A DNA stretch of 64,000 nucleotides from Minisyncoccota bacterium (GCA_031291875.1 JARLIE010000183.1:1356-65355), one strand, 5' to 3'. Positions 29,634-39,396 are shown, numbered from the stretch's first letter. Made by a program: numbers and translations. Notes: generated from the letters alone by a model not told the origin.

Positions 29634-29750
29634 AAAATTACAACACAACCAAAATTACCGAAGCGACGCTTTGGATGTCATATCTCTTCTTGGCCGTTCT
29701 CTTGTACACAAGATTCCCCGTGGCATACTTTTGAACGGAAGGAGATATAA

Positions 29751-30071
29751 ATGATCAATCAAGCGAAATACTTCGAGCATATCGAACGCCCGGCTGATGC
29801 CGCTCCCGGTGTTCGTGTTGTGGAGTGGCTCATGCTCGCCTACTCTAAAGATGCTCCGGATGGTTGGGAAGAGGTCGTTGTTTTCCGCCCTCTTGATCAG
29901 CATGCTTTTGTGTACAAAATAAAAGGCGGTTGGGACTTCCGACCGCTTACTGAATTTTTACAACGATACCATCCGATCTCAGACGAAAAGAGAATCTCGG
30001 AACTCGAAACTCTTTCGGCGAGTATCTACGATCCCGTCACGTGGGCAGAGTACAGATCGACGACAATCTGA
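29751..30071 (+). CDS. hypothetical protein (106 aa)
   Basis: Strong SD (GGAAGGAGAT) upstream of the ATG. It is followed by a hairpin terminator at 30101-30129. Confidence 0.5.
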   Translation: MINQAKYFEHIERPADAAPGVRVVEWLMLAYSKDAPDGWEEVVVFRPLDQHAFVYKIKGGWDFRPLTEFLQRYHPISDEKRISELETLSASIYDPVTWAEYRSTTI

Positions 30072-30100
30072 AGAATGCGTAGTCGTCTACGATTCAATAC

Positions 30101-30129
30101 AAAGACATGGTCGTGAGACCATGTCTTTT
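30101..30129. terminator. bidirectional Rho-independent terminator
   Basis: AAGACATGGTC-gtga-GACCATGTCTT followed by TTTTA. It lies between convergent genes. Confidence 0.65.
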
Positions 30130-30149
30130 TAATGATCGCATAGACCGCA

Positions 30150-30899
30150 TCACACCTCGATACGAGTGAAGAAGTAGCTTCCAAGGCCGAGGAAAATCAG
30201 GGCGATTACGAGCAGGACCCCGATGTCGAGCGTCGCGCCGAAATGAGAGGTATTGATCAAGAGTGTTCGCAAGAGATCAACACCATAGGAGAGCGGGTCG
30301 ATCGTCGCAAACACGGTGAGCAAAAGCGGGATGTTGTTGAGCGGAAAGAGTGAACCGGAGAGGAAGAACATCGGCATCACGAGGAAGTTCATAATGAGCT
30401 GGAAGCCCTGCATGTCGGAGAGAAGCGAGGCAACCATAATGCCGAGCGCGGAGAAAAGCGTCGCGATAAGAAACATCGCCAGGATCGCCGGAATAACTAG
30501 AAACCAGTTGTACGGATGGAATCCAAAGAAGAGAGTCAGGATGAATACGATGCAGCCTTGTGCGGTCGCGACAGTCGCGCCACCGAATGTGCGCCCGAGC
30601 ATGATGGCAACTCGCGAAACAGGGGCGACAAGCGTCTCTTTGAGGAAGCCGAATTGGCGATCCCAGATGACGGCCATGCCGTTAAAAATCGAGGTGAAGA
30701 TGATCGTCATGCCGATGATGCCCGGAACGAGAAACTGGATGTAACTTCCCTGCCCGGCAGCCTGAAACACACTGCCAAGACCATACCCGAGCGCGAGCAG
30801 ATAAAAGATCGGCTGCCCGAGCGCGCCGATAATGCGCGATCGTGACCGAGAGAATTTCTTCACCTCGCGAAGCCACATGATGTAGATAGTGCGGAGCAT
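30150..30899 (-). CDS. ABC-2 type transporter permease
   Basis: 249 aa with 6 TM helices, typical of the ABC-2 family. It lies immediately downstream of its ATPase. Confidence 0.85.
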   Translation of the reverse strand: MLRTIYIMWLREVKKFSRSRSRIIGALGQPIFYLLALGYGLGSVFQAAGQGSYIQFLVPGIIGMTIIFTSIFNGMAVIWDRQFGFLKETLVAPVSRVAIMLGRTFGGATVATAQGCIVFILTLFFGFHPYNWFLVIPAILAMFLIATLFSALGIMVASLLSDMQGFQLIMNFLVMPMFFLSGSLFPLNNIPLLLTVFATIDPLSYGVDLLRTLLINTSHFGATLDIGVLLVIALIFLGLGSYFFTRIEV

Positions 30900-30911
30900 A
30901 TATATGAATGA

Positions 30912-31715
30912 TTATCGCCTACCCCCGCCGCCCCACGCGCGGCCCATTTGACGCAAGTGATCCACCGAAGAGGCGCTTTCGTCGCGGATTTGACTGCCCG
31001 TGAGCGCAAGGAACGCTTCTTCGAGAGATTCTTTGCCCGTTTGCTTCTTCAGCGCATCGCCCGTGCCGGAAGCGATAATCGATCCGTTGTCGATGATCGC
31101 GATCTGATCCGCGTTGCGATCGGCCTCATCCATGTAGTGCGTAGTAAAGAAAACCGTAATTCCCTCCTCCTCGTTCAATTTGCCGAGATATTCCCACATG
31201 TGATTGCGGGTCTGCGGATCGAGGCCGAGCGTCGGTTCATCGAGAAAAATAATTTTCGGATGGTGCAAAAGACCGCGCGCAATTTCCAAACGTCGCTTCA
31301 TGCCTCCTGAAAATTCTTTGACGTAACTGTCTTTGCGTTCGTGGAGATCAACAAACTTCAAAAGCTCCTCAATGCGGGCGCGGCGTTTTTCCTGCGGCAC
31401 GCCATAGAGGACGCCGTGCAATTCCATGTTCTCCCATGCGGTCAAATCTTCGTCGAGCGACGGGTCCTGAAAAACGATGCCGAAGGAATGGCGCACGGCA
31501 TCCGGATCTTTCATCGGATCATGACCGTCGATCATGATCGTCCCCGAGGTCGGGTGCAACAGCGTGGTGAGCATTTTGATAGTGGTCGATTTTCCCGCGC
31601 CGTTGGGGCCGAGAAAGCCGAATGTCTTTCCCTGCTCCACGGTAAACGAGATGCCTTTGACGGCCTCGAATTCGCCGAATGTCTTTTTTAGGTTCTGTAC
31701 TTCAATGATGTTCAT
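30912..31715 (-). CDS. ABC transporter ATP-binding protein (DrrA-like)
   Basis: Walker A GPNGAGKST, signature FSGGMKRRLEIARGL, Walker B IFLDEPTLGLD. Confidence 0.93.
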   Translation of the reverse strand: MNIIEVQNLKKTFGEFEAVKGISFTVEQGKTFGFLGPNGAGKSTTIKMLTTLLHPTSGTIMIDGHDPMKDPDAVRHSFGIVFQDPSLDEDLTAWENMELHGVLYGVPQEKRRARIEELLKFVDLHERKDSYVKEFSGGMKRRLEIARGLLHHPKIIFLDEPTLGLDPQTRNHMWEYLGKLNEEEGITVFFTTHYMDEADRNADQIAIIDNGSIIASGTGDALKKQTGKESLEEAFLALTGSQIRDESASSVDHLRQMGRAWGGGGRR

Positions 31716-31750
31716 GCGGAAGAAATAGAAGGGCGCGGAAGTGCTCAGTA

Positions 31751-32710
31751 TTATACATTTCCATGAAGATTGTGGGAAGCGGGAACGCGCGGTATTGGCA
31801 AAAGCTCTTTTCCTCCGAGAAGCATTTTCAGAAGCGCCATGCGCACGAGTACCCCGTATCCTGCCTGCTTGAAATACATCGCGTGCGGTGAAGAATCAAC
31901 TTCGCGCTCGATTTCATTCACGCGTGGCAGTGGGTGCATAAGAATCGCCTTCCTTTTCATCGAGTCGACGAGCGAGCGCGTAATAATGAATGAATCCTTA
32001 AGGCGCTCATACTCCTCGACGTCCGGGAAGCGCTCCTTCTGGATTCTTGTCTGATAGACGACATCGGCAGATTTCATGGCTGATGCAAGATTTTCAGTTT
32101 CCGAGAACGCGACATTGTTACGCTTCAAGTACGCCTTGATATCGTCTCCCATTTGCAACTCCGGCGGAGAGACGAAGGTCATCCGAACGTCCTTGAATTT
32201 ACCGAGCAGGTATGAGAGCGAGCGAATCGTTCGACCGAATCGCAGGTCGCCGACACCCGCTATATGGATGCCGTCGACCTTCCCCAATTCGCGTTCGATG
32301 GTGTACAGATCGAGAAGCGCTTGCGTGGGGTGCTGGCCCGCGCCGTCCCCCGCGTTGATGATCGGGATCTGCGAAACCTGCGCTGCATGCAGTGCCGAGC
32401 CCGCCTCGAAATGGCGAAGTACGATCACATCGGCATACTGATTGACGATCTTGATCGTATCCTCCAGTGTTTCTCCCTTCATTGCCGAAGAGGCTTCGCG
32501 TGCATTCTCTGTCGATATCACACCGCCTCCGAGGCGAGTCATCGCCGATTCAAACGATAGCCGGGTGCGCGTCGATGGTTCATAAAAAAGCGTCGCCATC
32601 ACTTTGCCTCGGAGCGAGTCGTCGGGAGCTGTTTGGAGCTGTGTCGCGAGCGCAAACAACTTCTCGATCGTCTTGCGATCGAACTGCTGCGAGCGGATCA
32701 CGTGCTGCAT
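31751..32710 (-). CDS. pyrB: aspartate carbamoyltransferase catalytic subunit
   Basis: STRTR motif, HPTQ, HPLP (ATCase-type rather than the OTCase HCLP). The start is set at MQHVIRSQQF (ATG 32710); the longer track ORF has no support. Confidence 0.88.
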   Translation of the reverse strand: MQHVIRSQQFDRKTIEKLFALATQLQTAPDDSLRGKVMATLFYEPSTRTRLSFESAMTRLGGGVISTENAREASSAMKGETLEDTIKIVNQYADVIVLRHFEAGSALHAAQVSQIPIINAGDGAGQHPTQALLDLYTIERELGKVDGIHIAGVGDLRFGRTIRSLSYLLGKFKDVRMTFVSPPELQMGDDIKAYLKRNNVAFSETENLASAMKSADVVYQTRIQKERFPDVEEYERLKDSFIITRSLVDSMKRKAILMHPLPRVNEIEREVDSSPHAMYFKQAGYGVLVRMALLKMLLGGKELLPIPRVPASHNLHGNV

Positions 32711-32763
32711 CAAGGTCACTCTAGCACAAAAAGAAGCGGCGCCCGTGAGGGCGCCGCCGCGCA

Positions 32764-32913
32764 TCAGAGAGGATTTCTCCCCTGGATGATTCTGATTAGC
32801 ACCAGAACGACCGCAATCACGAGCAGGATGTGGATGAATCCGCCGATGGTGTACGACGTGACGAGCCCCAGCAACCACAAAATAACCAGTATCGCCGCGA
32901 TAGTTAGTAGCAT
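32764..32913 (-). CDS. lmo0937-family small membrane protein (49 aa)
   Basis: Not in the ORF track. Translation: MLLTIAAILVILWLLGLVTSYTIGGFIHILLVIAVVLVLIRIIQGRNPL. This matches the two-helix small-protein family pattern (ILLVLWLLG...GG.IH.LLVIA). Confidence 0.5.
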   Translation of the reverse strand: MLLTIAAILVILWLLGLVTSYTIGGFIHILLVIAVVLVLIRIIQGRNPL

Positions 32914-32950
32914 ACGAGCTTCATTAACCGATAAGCGTCTTATTGTCCCG

Positions 32951-33613
32951 CTAGTTGGGTGAAGCCTCCATGAAGACGCGCGGACCGGTGCAGCCGAGGT
33001 GCGCCCGATCGTTCCACGTTACGATCTTCCACCTCTTTGTCTCATACTCGGCTTTTGTGATGCCAGTATTCGACGTGAAAAAAACACGGTCGATTGCGCG
33101 GAACAATTCCGGCGTTACACTCTCTCTTGCAGACATTGTGCAAAGCAACATCTTAAGGAACGTGCCGTGCGAAACCACGACGATCGAACTTTCCGGCCTT
33201 CGCTCAAGAAATTCGATAGCTTGAAGCGCGCGCGCTTTGAGATCGTGGAAATTTTCTTCGTCCTGATGGCGCTCGGTCGGATGCGTCCATAACCCGCGAA
33301 GAATTTCGATGACGTCCTGTGCTTTGGCGTCGACATACGACAAACCTCGGATCACGGAAGGCCGCAAGTGCTCATGGAACAATGCGGATTGCTCGACCGG
33401 CGTTCCGACTTTCTCTGCGATCGCGGTCGCCGTTTGTACGGCACGCGTCATGTCACTCGAAATAATCGCTTCTACGTGTATGTTCTCGAATCGGTGCGCG
33501 AGCTCTTGCGCCTGGTGCTCGCCAGTATTCGAAAGGGGCGTCTCGGCGAACTGGAACACTCCCTTTTCGTTGAATTCAGTAGAACCGTGTCGAACGAAAT
33601 AGAAGGTTTTCAT
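32951..33613 (-). CDS. histidine phosphatase family protein (phosphoglycerate mutase-like)
   Basis: RHG motif (YFVRHGSTEFN) and downstream catalytic His (SHG). The start is at MKTFYF. Confidence 0.85.
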   Translation of the reverse strand: MKTFYFVRHGSTEFNEKGVFQFAETPLSNTGEHQAQELAHRFENIHVEAIISSDMTRAVQTATAIAEKVGTPVEQSALFHEHLRPSVIRGLSYVDAKAQDVIEILRGLWTHPTERHQDEENFHDLKARALQAIEFLERRPESSIVVVSHGTFLKMLLCTMSARESVTPELFRAIDRVFFTSNTGITKAEYETKRWKIVTWNDRAHLGCTGPRVFMEASPN

Positions 33614-33685
33614 GTATCCTTTGTCGAATACGTGCATCCTAGCACGTGGCGGTAGCTGTCAAAAAATGGTATTTCTATAAGTATT

Positions 33686-36241
33686 ATGGCCAAAAAAAGC
33701 GTCCGTCTCTCACCTGATGTTATCCCTCAAAAGTACGATCTCCACTTACAACCGGACTTCACCGCCTTTACCTTCGAAGGAAGCGAAACCATTCATATCC
33801 AACTCAAGAAGCCGACAAAATCGATCACGCTGCATGCGATAGAACTTGAAATCACATCTGCACAAGCTCTGGTAAAAAACAGAAACACGACAGCGTACAA
33901 AATTTCATACGATAAGAAAAAGGAGACAGTAACACTGCAGTTCAAGGACTCGCTTCCGAAGGGTGCGATTGCGCTCAACCTCGCGTTTCGCGGGATCTTG
34001 AACGACCGTATGCATGGCTTTTATCGCAGCAGCTACGTCGTGGATGGAAAAACAAAGTACCTCGCGACGACCCAGTTCGAGTCCAACGACGCGCGTCGTG
34101 CATTCCCTTGCTTCGATGAGCCCGCCCAGAAGGCGATCTTCGAAGTTTCGCTCACCGCGCCCGCAGAATACGAGATCGTTTCGAATACGATCGATGTCGA
34201 AACCCAGCTCCACCCAAACGGCACGAAAACGGTGAAATTTGAACCGAGTCCGAAGATGTCGACCTACCTGCTCGCATTCATTGTCGGTGAACTTGAGCAC
34301 GTAGAGCGCCACAGCGAAGATGGCGTACTCGTTCGCGTCTTTACGACCCCAGGCAAAAAACATCAGGCTGAATTCGCGCTCGATTGCGCCGCCAAAGTGA
34401 TCTCGTTTTTCAATGCCTATTTCGATATTCCGTATCCCCTCCCCGTTTTGGATTTGATCGCGATCCCCGACTTCGCCGCAGGCGCGATGGAAAACTGGGG
34501 CGCTATCACGTACCGGGAATCTGCACTTCTTGTCGACCCGGAACATTCCTCGCGAATGAACAAGCAGTGGGTTGCGCTCGTGATTGGTCACGAGATCGCG
34601 CACCAATGGTTCGGCAACCTCGTTACCATGGAATGGTGGACGCACCTGTGGCTCAACGAAGGCTTCGCCTCGTACATCGAATATCTCGCGGTCGATCACC
34701 TGTTTCCGGAGTGGGATATTTGGACGCAGTTTCTGGACGCGGATTTTGGTCGCGCGCTTTATGCTGATGGTCTCAAGCATACGCACCCGATCGAGGTTGA
34801 GGTGCACGATCCGGCGGAAATCGCGGTCGTGTTCGACGCCGTCAGTTATTCCAAAGGCTCTAGCATCATCCGCATGCTTGCCGAATACCTCGGCGAAGAA
34901 GCGTTTCGCGACGGCCTTCGCCACTATTTAAAGCAACACTCCTACGGCAATACCGAGACGGAGGATCTCTGGCATGCACTCGAGCATGTATCGGGAAAAC
35001 CCGTCGCCGCCATGATGGCGAAATGGACCGCGAAAGCGGGCTATCCCTTACTTACGATTTCCGAAAAAAATGCTTCGTACGAAATTCGCCAATCACGATT
35101 TTTCGCGAGCCCGATTTCCGAAAAAGAAACGCTCGACTCGACCGCTTGGTCGGTTCCGCTCAGTATCGTAAAACCTGACGGTGTCGGTCATGCGGGGCTT
35201 ATGACCGCTCGCACAACTCGTATTCCAAAGGGCAACGAAGCGTGGATCAAAGTCAACGCCAACGAGACGGCGTTCCATCGAACGCTCTATCCTGAGCAAA
35301 TGCTTGCAGCGTTCGAAGGACCCATTAAAAACAAACAGCTGCACACGAGAGATCGGCTCGGGCTTATCCGCGACGTGCTGGAAGTCACGGAAACAGGCAA
35401 GCTTTCGAGCGTGCATGGCATGGCGTTCGTTCGTCACTTTGTGGACGAAACGGAGTACGTTGTCTGGACACAGATCGCCTCTGGACTTGCGAAGCTCCGC
35501 TCGCTCGTCGCACGTGAGCCGTTTTCTCCCGCATTCGATGCCTACGCGCTCGGTATTTTTGCAGGTATCGGCAAACAACTCGGCTGGGATGCAAAACCCA
35601 AGGATCACGCGCAGGCACTCCTCAAGGTACTTGTCCTGGAATCGCTTGGCCGCTACGGTGACAAAAAAGTCATCGCGCACGCCAAAGCACTCTTTGCGAA
35701 AGTATCGGAAAAGAAAAATCCGATTCCGGCCGATCTTCGTGGTGTCGTCTATGCGACGGTTGCAAGGCATGGCACCAAAGCAGATTATGCGAAGCTTTTG
35801 CGCCTCTACAAAGCATCGACGTTGCATGAGGAAAAAAATCGCATCGGCCGCGCGCTCGGACTCTTTTCGCAAAAAGAGCTGTTGCAAAAAACCCTTGAAT
35901 TCTCGATTTCATCCGGCGTGCGTTCGCAAGACTGCGTTCGTATGATCGGCCCGGTCAGTGTCAATCCAAACGGCCGCGATCTTGCATGGCGCTTCGTTAA
36001 GAAGAATTGGGGCATGTTTATAGATCGCTATACCGGCACCCGCGAACTCTCGTATTTGCTGGAACCATTCGGCGTTGCGGCATCGCAGGCGTGGGCAAGC
36101 GAAATCAAGCAGTTCTTAAAAAAACACCCTGCTCCGGGCACCGAGCGTACCGTCCAGCAGGTCCTGGAGCGTATTTACTCCAACACTGCGTGGCTCGCCC
36201 GTGACAAGACAAGTATCCGAGATTTTCTGAAACGAAACTAA
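33686..36241 (+). CDS. pepN: aminopeptidase N, M1 family
   Basis: 851 aa. GAMEN motif (FAAGAMENWGAI), HEIAHQWFGN...WLNEGFA zinc-binding motif. Confidence 0.95.
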   Translation: MAKKSVRLSPDVIPQKYDLHLQPDFTAFTFEGSETIHIQLKKPTKSITLHAIELEITSAQALVKNRNTTAYKISYDKKKETVTLQFKDSLPKGAIALNLAFRGILNDRMHGFYRSSYVVDGKTKYLATTQFESNDARRAFPCFDEPAQKAIFEVSLTAPAEYEIVSNTIDVETQLHPNGTKTVKFEPSPKMSTYLLAFIVGELEHVERHSEDGVLVRVFTTPGKKHQAEFALDCAAKVISFFNAYFDIPYPLPVLDLIAIPDFAAGAMENWGAITYRESALLVDPEHSSRMNKQWVALVIGHEIAHQWFGNLVTMEWWTHLWLNEGFASYIEYLAVDHLFPEWDIWTQFLDADFGRALYADGLKHTHPIEVEVHDPAEIAVVFDAVSYSKGSSIIRMLAEYLGEEAFRDGLRHYLKQHSYGNTETEDLWHALEHVSGKPVAAMMAKWTAKAGYPLLTISEKNASYEIRQSRFFASPISEKETLDSTAWSVPLSIVKPDGVGHAGLMTARTTRIPKGNEAWIKVNANETAFHRTLYPEQMLAAFEGPIKNKQLHTRDRLGLIRDVLEVTETGKLSSVHGMAFVRHFVDETEYVVWTQIASGLAKLRSLVAREPFSPAFDAYALGIFAGIGKQLGWDAKPKDHAQALLKVLVLESLGRYGDKKVIAHAKALFAKVSEKKNPIPADLRGVVYATVARHGTKADYAKLLRLYKASTLHEEKNRIGRALGLFSQKELLQKTLEFSISSGVRSQDCVRMIGPVSVNPNGRDLAWRFVKKNWGMFIDRYTGTRELSYLLEPFGVAASQAWASEIKQFLKKHPAPGTERTVQQVLERIYSNTAWLARDKTSIRDFLKRN

Positions 36242-36270
36242 CAAACAACCGGCCAGTGGCCGGTTGTTTG
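36242..36270. terminator. bidirectional terminator hairpin
   Basis: CAAACAACCGGCC-agt-GGCCGGTTGTTTG between convergent genes. T-rich on the minus side. Confidence 0.6.
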
Positions 36271-36287
36271 CAGCGGATACCTGACTA

Positions 36288-37007
36288 TTATTTTGTGTTC
36301 ACTGTTCCAGCAGCGGAAGCTGACGTCGATGCGGATGCATGCACGCTTGCCATCGCCGAGGTGATTGCAGAAACGAGCTGTGCTTGCTGCGCCGCAGTAA
36401 GCTTGGCAGATGCAGTGGCGTCTCCCAAGACAGCATCTACATTGGCCTTCACCTTGGTCTGGAGGTTGGTCTCATTTGAGGCCGCAAGGAAGTTCCACCA
36501 CGGTTCCGTGATCGTGACGTTGCCGCTTGCATCGGTTGTCGCCGTTGTTTCGATACTGACCGGAACGATACCGAGGAAGAGAGCCGGTTCACGGTAGGTT
36601 ACCGCAACATGGTCTGAGGCCGTATCGACACCAGAGAGATTTGCGTCGATGCGCAATTGCTGCGAGACAAAACTCGAAAGATCACTTCGCGTGCCGACGT
36701 TGCCAGCCGAGATCTGTACGGGATTCGCCGAAACAGAGGCATGAGTAACCACGAGCGGAATCGCAAGATCATCCTGTGCACTAGCACCCTCGTTCATGTC
36801 TGCGCCCTCGGATGCGCTGGTAGAGCCTTCGCTATTGGATGACGCGTTTACTGCGGTATCGAGATTGACGCCGACGCCAACATGGTTGCCCACGTGCACA
36901 TCGGCAGCGCCGTCGACTCCCGTGGAAACAGAGAGTGCAAGGGCCGGCGTAGCGCTAAGGAGCGCAATGGTAGAAAGAACAGTAGAAATACTCTTGATAT
37001 AAGCCAT
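36288..37007 (-). CDS. secreted Ser/Ala/Thr-rich hypothetical protein
   Basis: 239 aa. Signal peptide MAYIKSISTVLSTIALLSATPALA, then low-complexity sequence. Confidence 0.6.
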   Translation of the reverse strand: MAYIKSISTVLSTIALLSATPALALSVSTGVDGAADVHVGNHVGVGVNLDTAVNASSNSEGSTSASEGADMNEGASAQDDLAIPLVVTHASVSANPVQISAGNVGTRSDLSSFVSQQLRIDANLSGVDTASDHVAVTYREPALFLGIVPVSIETTATTDASGNVTITEPWWNFLAASNETNLQTKVKANVDAVLGDATASAKLTAAQQAQLVSAITSAMASVHASASTSASAAGTVNTK

Positions 37008-37095
37008 ATGAGCGTTTTATCGTAATAATCGGCGAAACGGTATTGTCCCGCTTCGTACAGTATTGACGTACGCTCATGAAGGTTCTTTCAGGGCT

Positions 37096-37782
37096 CTATT
37101 TTCCTTGATTGTATGCGTTTGCTTCTGTTTGGAGTGCGGCGCTCAATGCGTTTTGATCGACCGTACCCGATCCCGAAACGGTGCTCGCGAGCTGCGAGGT
37201 AAACATACTCCCGCCTCCGTCCCCGATCACGAGAAATTTGGTTGTCGAAAGCGGAATAATCGTGGTGTCGAAGCGGGCGCCGCTTTGTAGCATCGGCAAG
37301 CCGCCGATCGTCGTTCTCGAAACATCAGCAGTCGTCGTCGCACTCTTCCCTGTCGGAGAGCCTTCGGGGAACGCGGTCATCCATTTGCCTGCACTTGCAT
37401 CGTAGAAATATTTGGTTTGCGCGATCGGGCTCGCGTGTCCGTTCGGTTCGTCGGTGATTGTGCTTGCGGGAGAATACACAACCGCAATGTAGGTACCGCC
37501 CTGCTCGCCAACCTGCAATTTGGCGATTTCAGTTCCGCCCGGGAACGCTTTTGTATCGTTGGTAGTCGTCGCGGTAATCGCGATCGAGCTCGGATACCAG
37601 AACGAGAATCCGTTGGCAGTGTCAGTGTAGTGCGTCATGCCATACGTCTGCGCCGGGGTCGTGTCGCTCGTGCTTGTCGAGGTCGTGACGGGAGTCGATG
37701 CCGACATAGTGGAACTCGTCCACAAGTACCATCCGCCGCCGATAAGAATTAGTAAAACGATAATCGAGATAGGCCATTTCAT
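37096..37782 (-). CDS. membrane-anchored Thr-rich hypothetical protein
   Basis: 228 aa. TM anchor MKWPISIIVLLILIGGGWYLW, then a Thr-rich linker. Confidence 0.6.
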   Translation of the reverse strand: MKWPISIIVLLILIGGGWYLWTSSTMSASTPVTTSTSTSDTTPAQTYGMTHYTDTANGFSFWYPSSIAITATTTNDTKAFPGGTEIAKLQVGEQGGTYIAVVYSPASTITDEPNGHASPIAQTKYFYDASAGKWMTAFPEGSPTGKSATTTADVSRTTIGGLPMLQSGARFDTTIIPLSTTKFLVIGDGGGSMFTSQLASTVSGSGTVDQNALSAALQTEANAYNQGK

Positions 37783-37835
37783 ATGTGTCCATAGTACTCC
37801 ATGCGCAGGTATTCACAATGAGGACGCATAAAACA

Positions 37836-37861
37836 AAAACGCCCGCATTCGGGCGTTTTTG
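37836..37861. terminator. bidirectional Rho-independent terminator
   Basis: AAAACGCCCG-catt-CGGGCGTTTT flanked by A-tract and T-tract. Confidence 0.75.
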
Positions 37862-37888
37862 CACTGTCGAAGAATCGACAGGGGTGCT

Positions 37889-38683
37889 CTACTGCGTCGA
37901 AACACTGCTCGCTGCGGAAGTGGTTACCTTCCACGACGAGATTGTTTTAACGATGCTTCCTGCGTCCTGACGAGCAGTTTTCAAATCGCTCATCGCTGTC
38001 TGGATGTCCTTTTGTGCGCTCTGAAGCGCGGTCTTGTTGGAGGCCTGGACACTGGCGCTTCCCTGGTCGGGCTGCAAAGCGGCGACGAGAGAAACGGCCG
38101 CTTGCGCCTGCGCGTTCGCGTCGGAAACCTTCGCATTCATGTCGGAGAGCGAAGCGTTCACCTGCGTCGTGTCGGTTCCTGCAGGCGCTTGCGAGATGCG
38201 AGTCTGCAATTTTGCCGCGAACTGCGTGTAGGTCGTTGTGAGCGTCTGTACCTTATCGGCGGCAACTTCAATGCGACCCTGCGGGATCACAAGCATAAAG
38301 ACGCGGTATCCCTGCGCGATCGACTGAATGTCGGTCTTAAGCGTGGCCGTGTCCGTGTCCGCGTCGATCTTCGCCTTGAGCGAGGTGAGATTCGAGATTT
38401 CTGTTTGTACACTGGTCGAAATCGCGCTCTTCTCGCCAGTAGATACTTTCGTCATCGCCTGGACTTTTGTGTTCAAGTCATTGAGCGCGCTGATGCGACG
38501 CTCGATTTCCTGATCCGCGCGCGCGATGGCCGTCGTGATGCGAGCCTGCACGTTTGCAGAAACGGTCGTCGAGCCGACGTTGGCGCGTACGGAAGCGCCG
38601 ACTGAAGCCGTAAGGGCCGAAGCCGGGGCCGCAATCAAGAGCGAACCGATTGCGAGAGCAGCGATAGGTTTAATCGAGTTCAT
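37889..38683 (-). CDS. secreted Ala/Gln/Thr-rich coiled-coil hypothetical protein
   Basis: Start chosen at MNSIKPIAALAIGSLLIAAPASA (signal peptide). The remainder is a coiled-coil-like low-complexity region. Confidence 0.55.
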   Translation of the reverse strand: MNSIKPIAALAIGSLLIAAPASALTASVGASVRANVGSTTVSANVQARITTAIARADQEIERRISALNDLNTKVQAMTKVSTGEKSAISTSVQTEISNLTSLKAKIDADTDTATLKTDIQSIAQGYRVFMLVIPQGRIEVAADKVQTLTTTYTQFAAKLQTRISQAPAGTDTTQVNASLSDMNAKVSDANAQAQAAVSLVAALQPDQGSASVQASNKTALQSAQKDIQTAMSDLKTARQDAGSIVKTISSWKVTTSAASSVSTQ

Positions 38684-38684
38684 A

Positions 38685-38993
38685 TTAGAATTGAGATTGC
38701 TGAACCGGCTGATCATTGAAGCTCTGCCCGGCCGAAGCCGAAGCCGAGTTCGCGTCGGTCGTTTGCGAATCGATCGCGGTGAGATCCGCGTTCAAATCCG
38801 CATTGGAGCTGCCGCTCGAGACCGAGCCCTGCGATGTCGCTTGAGTACCCTGCGAAACCGTCGTCGAAGTGCCGGTGGTTTGACTCGTCGTTGCCGGCGT
38901 AGCGCTCGAATTTTGAGACTGCTCCCACCAGTACCAGATTCCGGCGATAACGACCAGAATCACGACGATCCACACGACTGTCTTTGTGGACAT
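38685..38993 (-). CDS. membrane-anchored Ser/Thr-rich hypothetical protein
   Basis: Start at MSTKTVVWIVVILVVIAGIWYWW (TM). The remainder is a Ser/Thr/Gln-rich tail. Confidence 0.45.
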   Translation of the reverse strand: MSTKTVVWIVVILVVIAGIWYWWEQSQNSSATPATTSQTTGTSTTVSQGTQATSQGSVSSGSSNADLNADLTAIDSQTTDANSASASAGQSFNDQPVQQSQF

Positions 38994-39092
38994 AATAGAG
39001 AAGAAAAATAAACGAATAAAACCCCCTGCAATGCTACTGCGTCGCCTAGTGGGGCGCAATGGACGAGATACACGAAGGTGGATAAGCGATAT

Positions 39093-39121
39093 TTGACATA
39101 TAATATATTGAGTATCATAAT
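39093..39121 (+). promoter_or_regulatory. near-consensus sigma70-type promoter (TTGACA-17 nt-CATAAT)
   Basis: TTGACA at 39093-39098 and CATAAT at 39116-39121, about 40 nt upstream of the 39165 ATG. Confidence 0.55.
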
Positions 39122-39164
39122 GCGCACAGCGGGTCTATCCGCCGATCGAAGATCAGGAGGACGA

Positions 39165-39344
39165 CATGTTCGAAAAGCTTTGCGACTTTCTTGAAGCCCG
39201 CCCCAAGGCCAACAGGGCATTCGCCTTTGTGGGAGGTCTCGCCGTCACCGTCGTCATTTTCCTCGCACTTGGCTACGGCCAGAGCGTATCCATGCAAGAG
39301 GCACTTGCCGCGGCCAACCAGCATACGGTCCTTGCGAACCGGTG
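39165..39344 (+). CDS. small single-TM membrane protein (59 aa)
   Basis: Not in the ORF track. GGAGGA SD 5 nt upstream of the ATG. Translation: MFEKLCDFLEARPKANRAFAFVGGLAVTVVIFLALGYGQSVSMQEALAAANQHTVLANR. It has its own promoter and terminator. Confidence 0.5.
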
Positions 39345-39362
39345 AACTACCGGCGAGCTCAC

Positions 39363-39396
39363 AAAAAGCGTCGTACTCGTACGGCGCTTTTTCATT
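39363..39396 (+). terminator. Rho-independent terminator after the small ORF
   Basis: AAAGCGTCGTA-ctcg-TACGGCGCTTT followed by TTCATTT. Confidence 0.6.

Noticed and set aside
30912-30960. C-terminal GGGGRR tail of the ABC ATPase as a separate feature
   Set aside because: It is most simply a low-complexity extension of the same ORF before its stop. There is no evidence for a frameshift or fusion.
32711-32878. N-terminal 56-codon extension of pyrB in the track ORF
   Set aside because: ATCase homology starts at MQHVIRSQQF. The extension is His/Arg-rich and overlaps the independently supported small membrane-protein gene on the same strand.
33905-35887. 339-aa and 264-aa minus-strand ORFs inside pepN
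   Set aside because: They are antisense to the aminopeptidase N gene, which carries GAMEN/HEXXH motifs.
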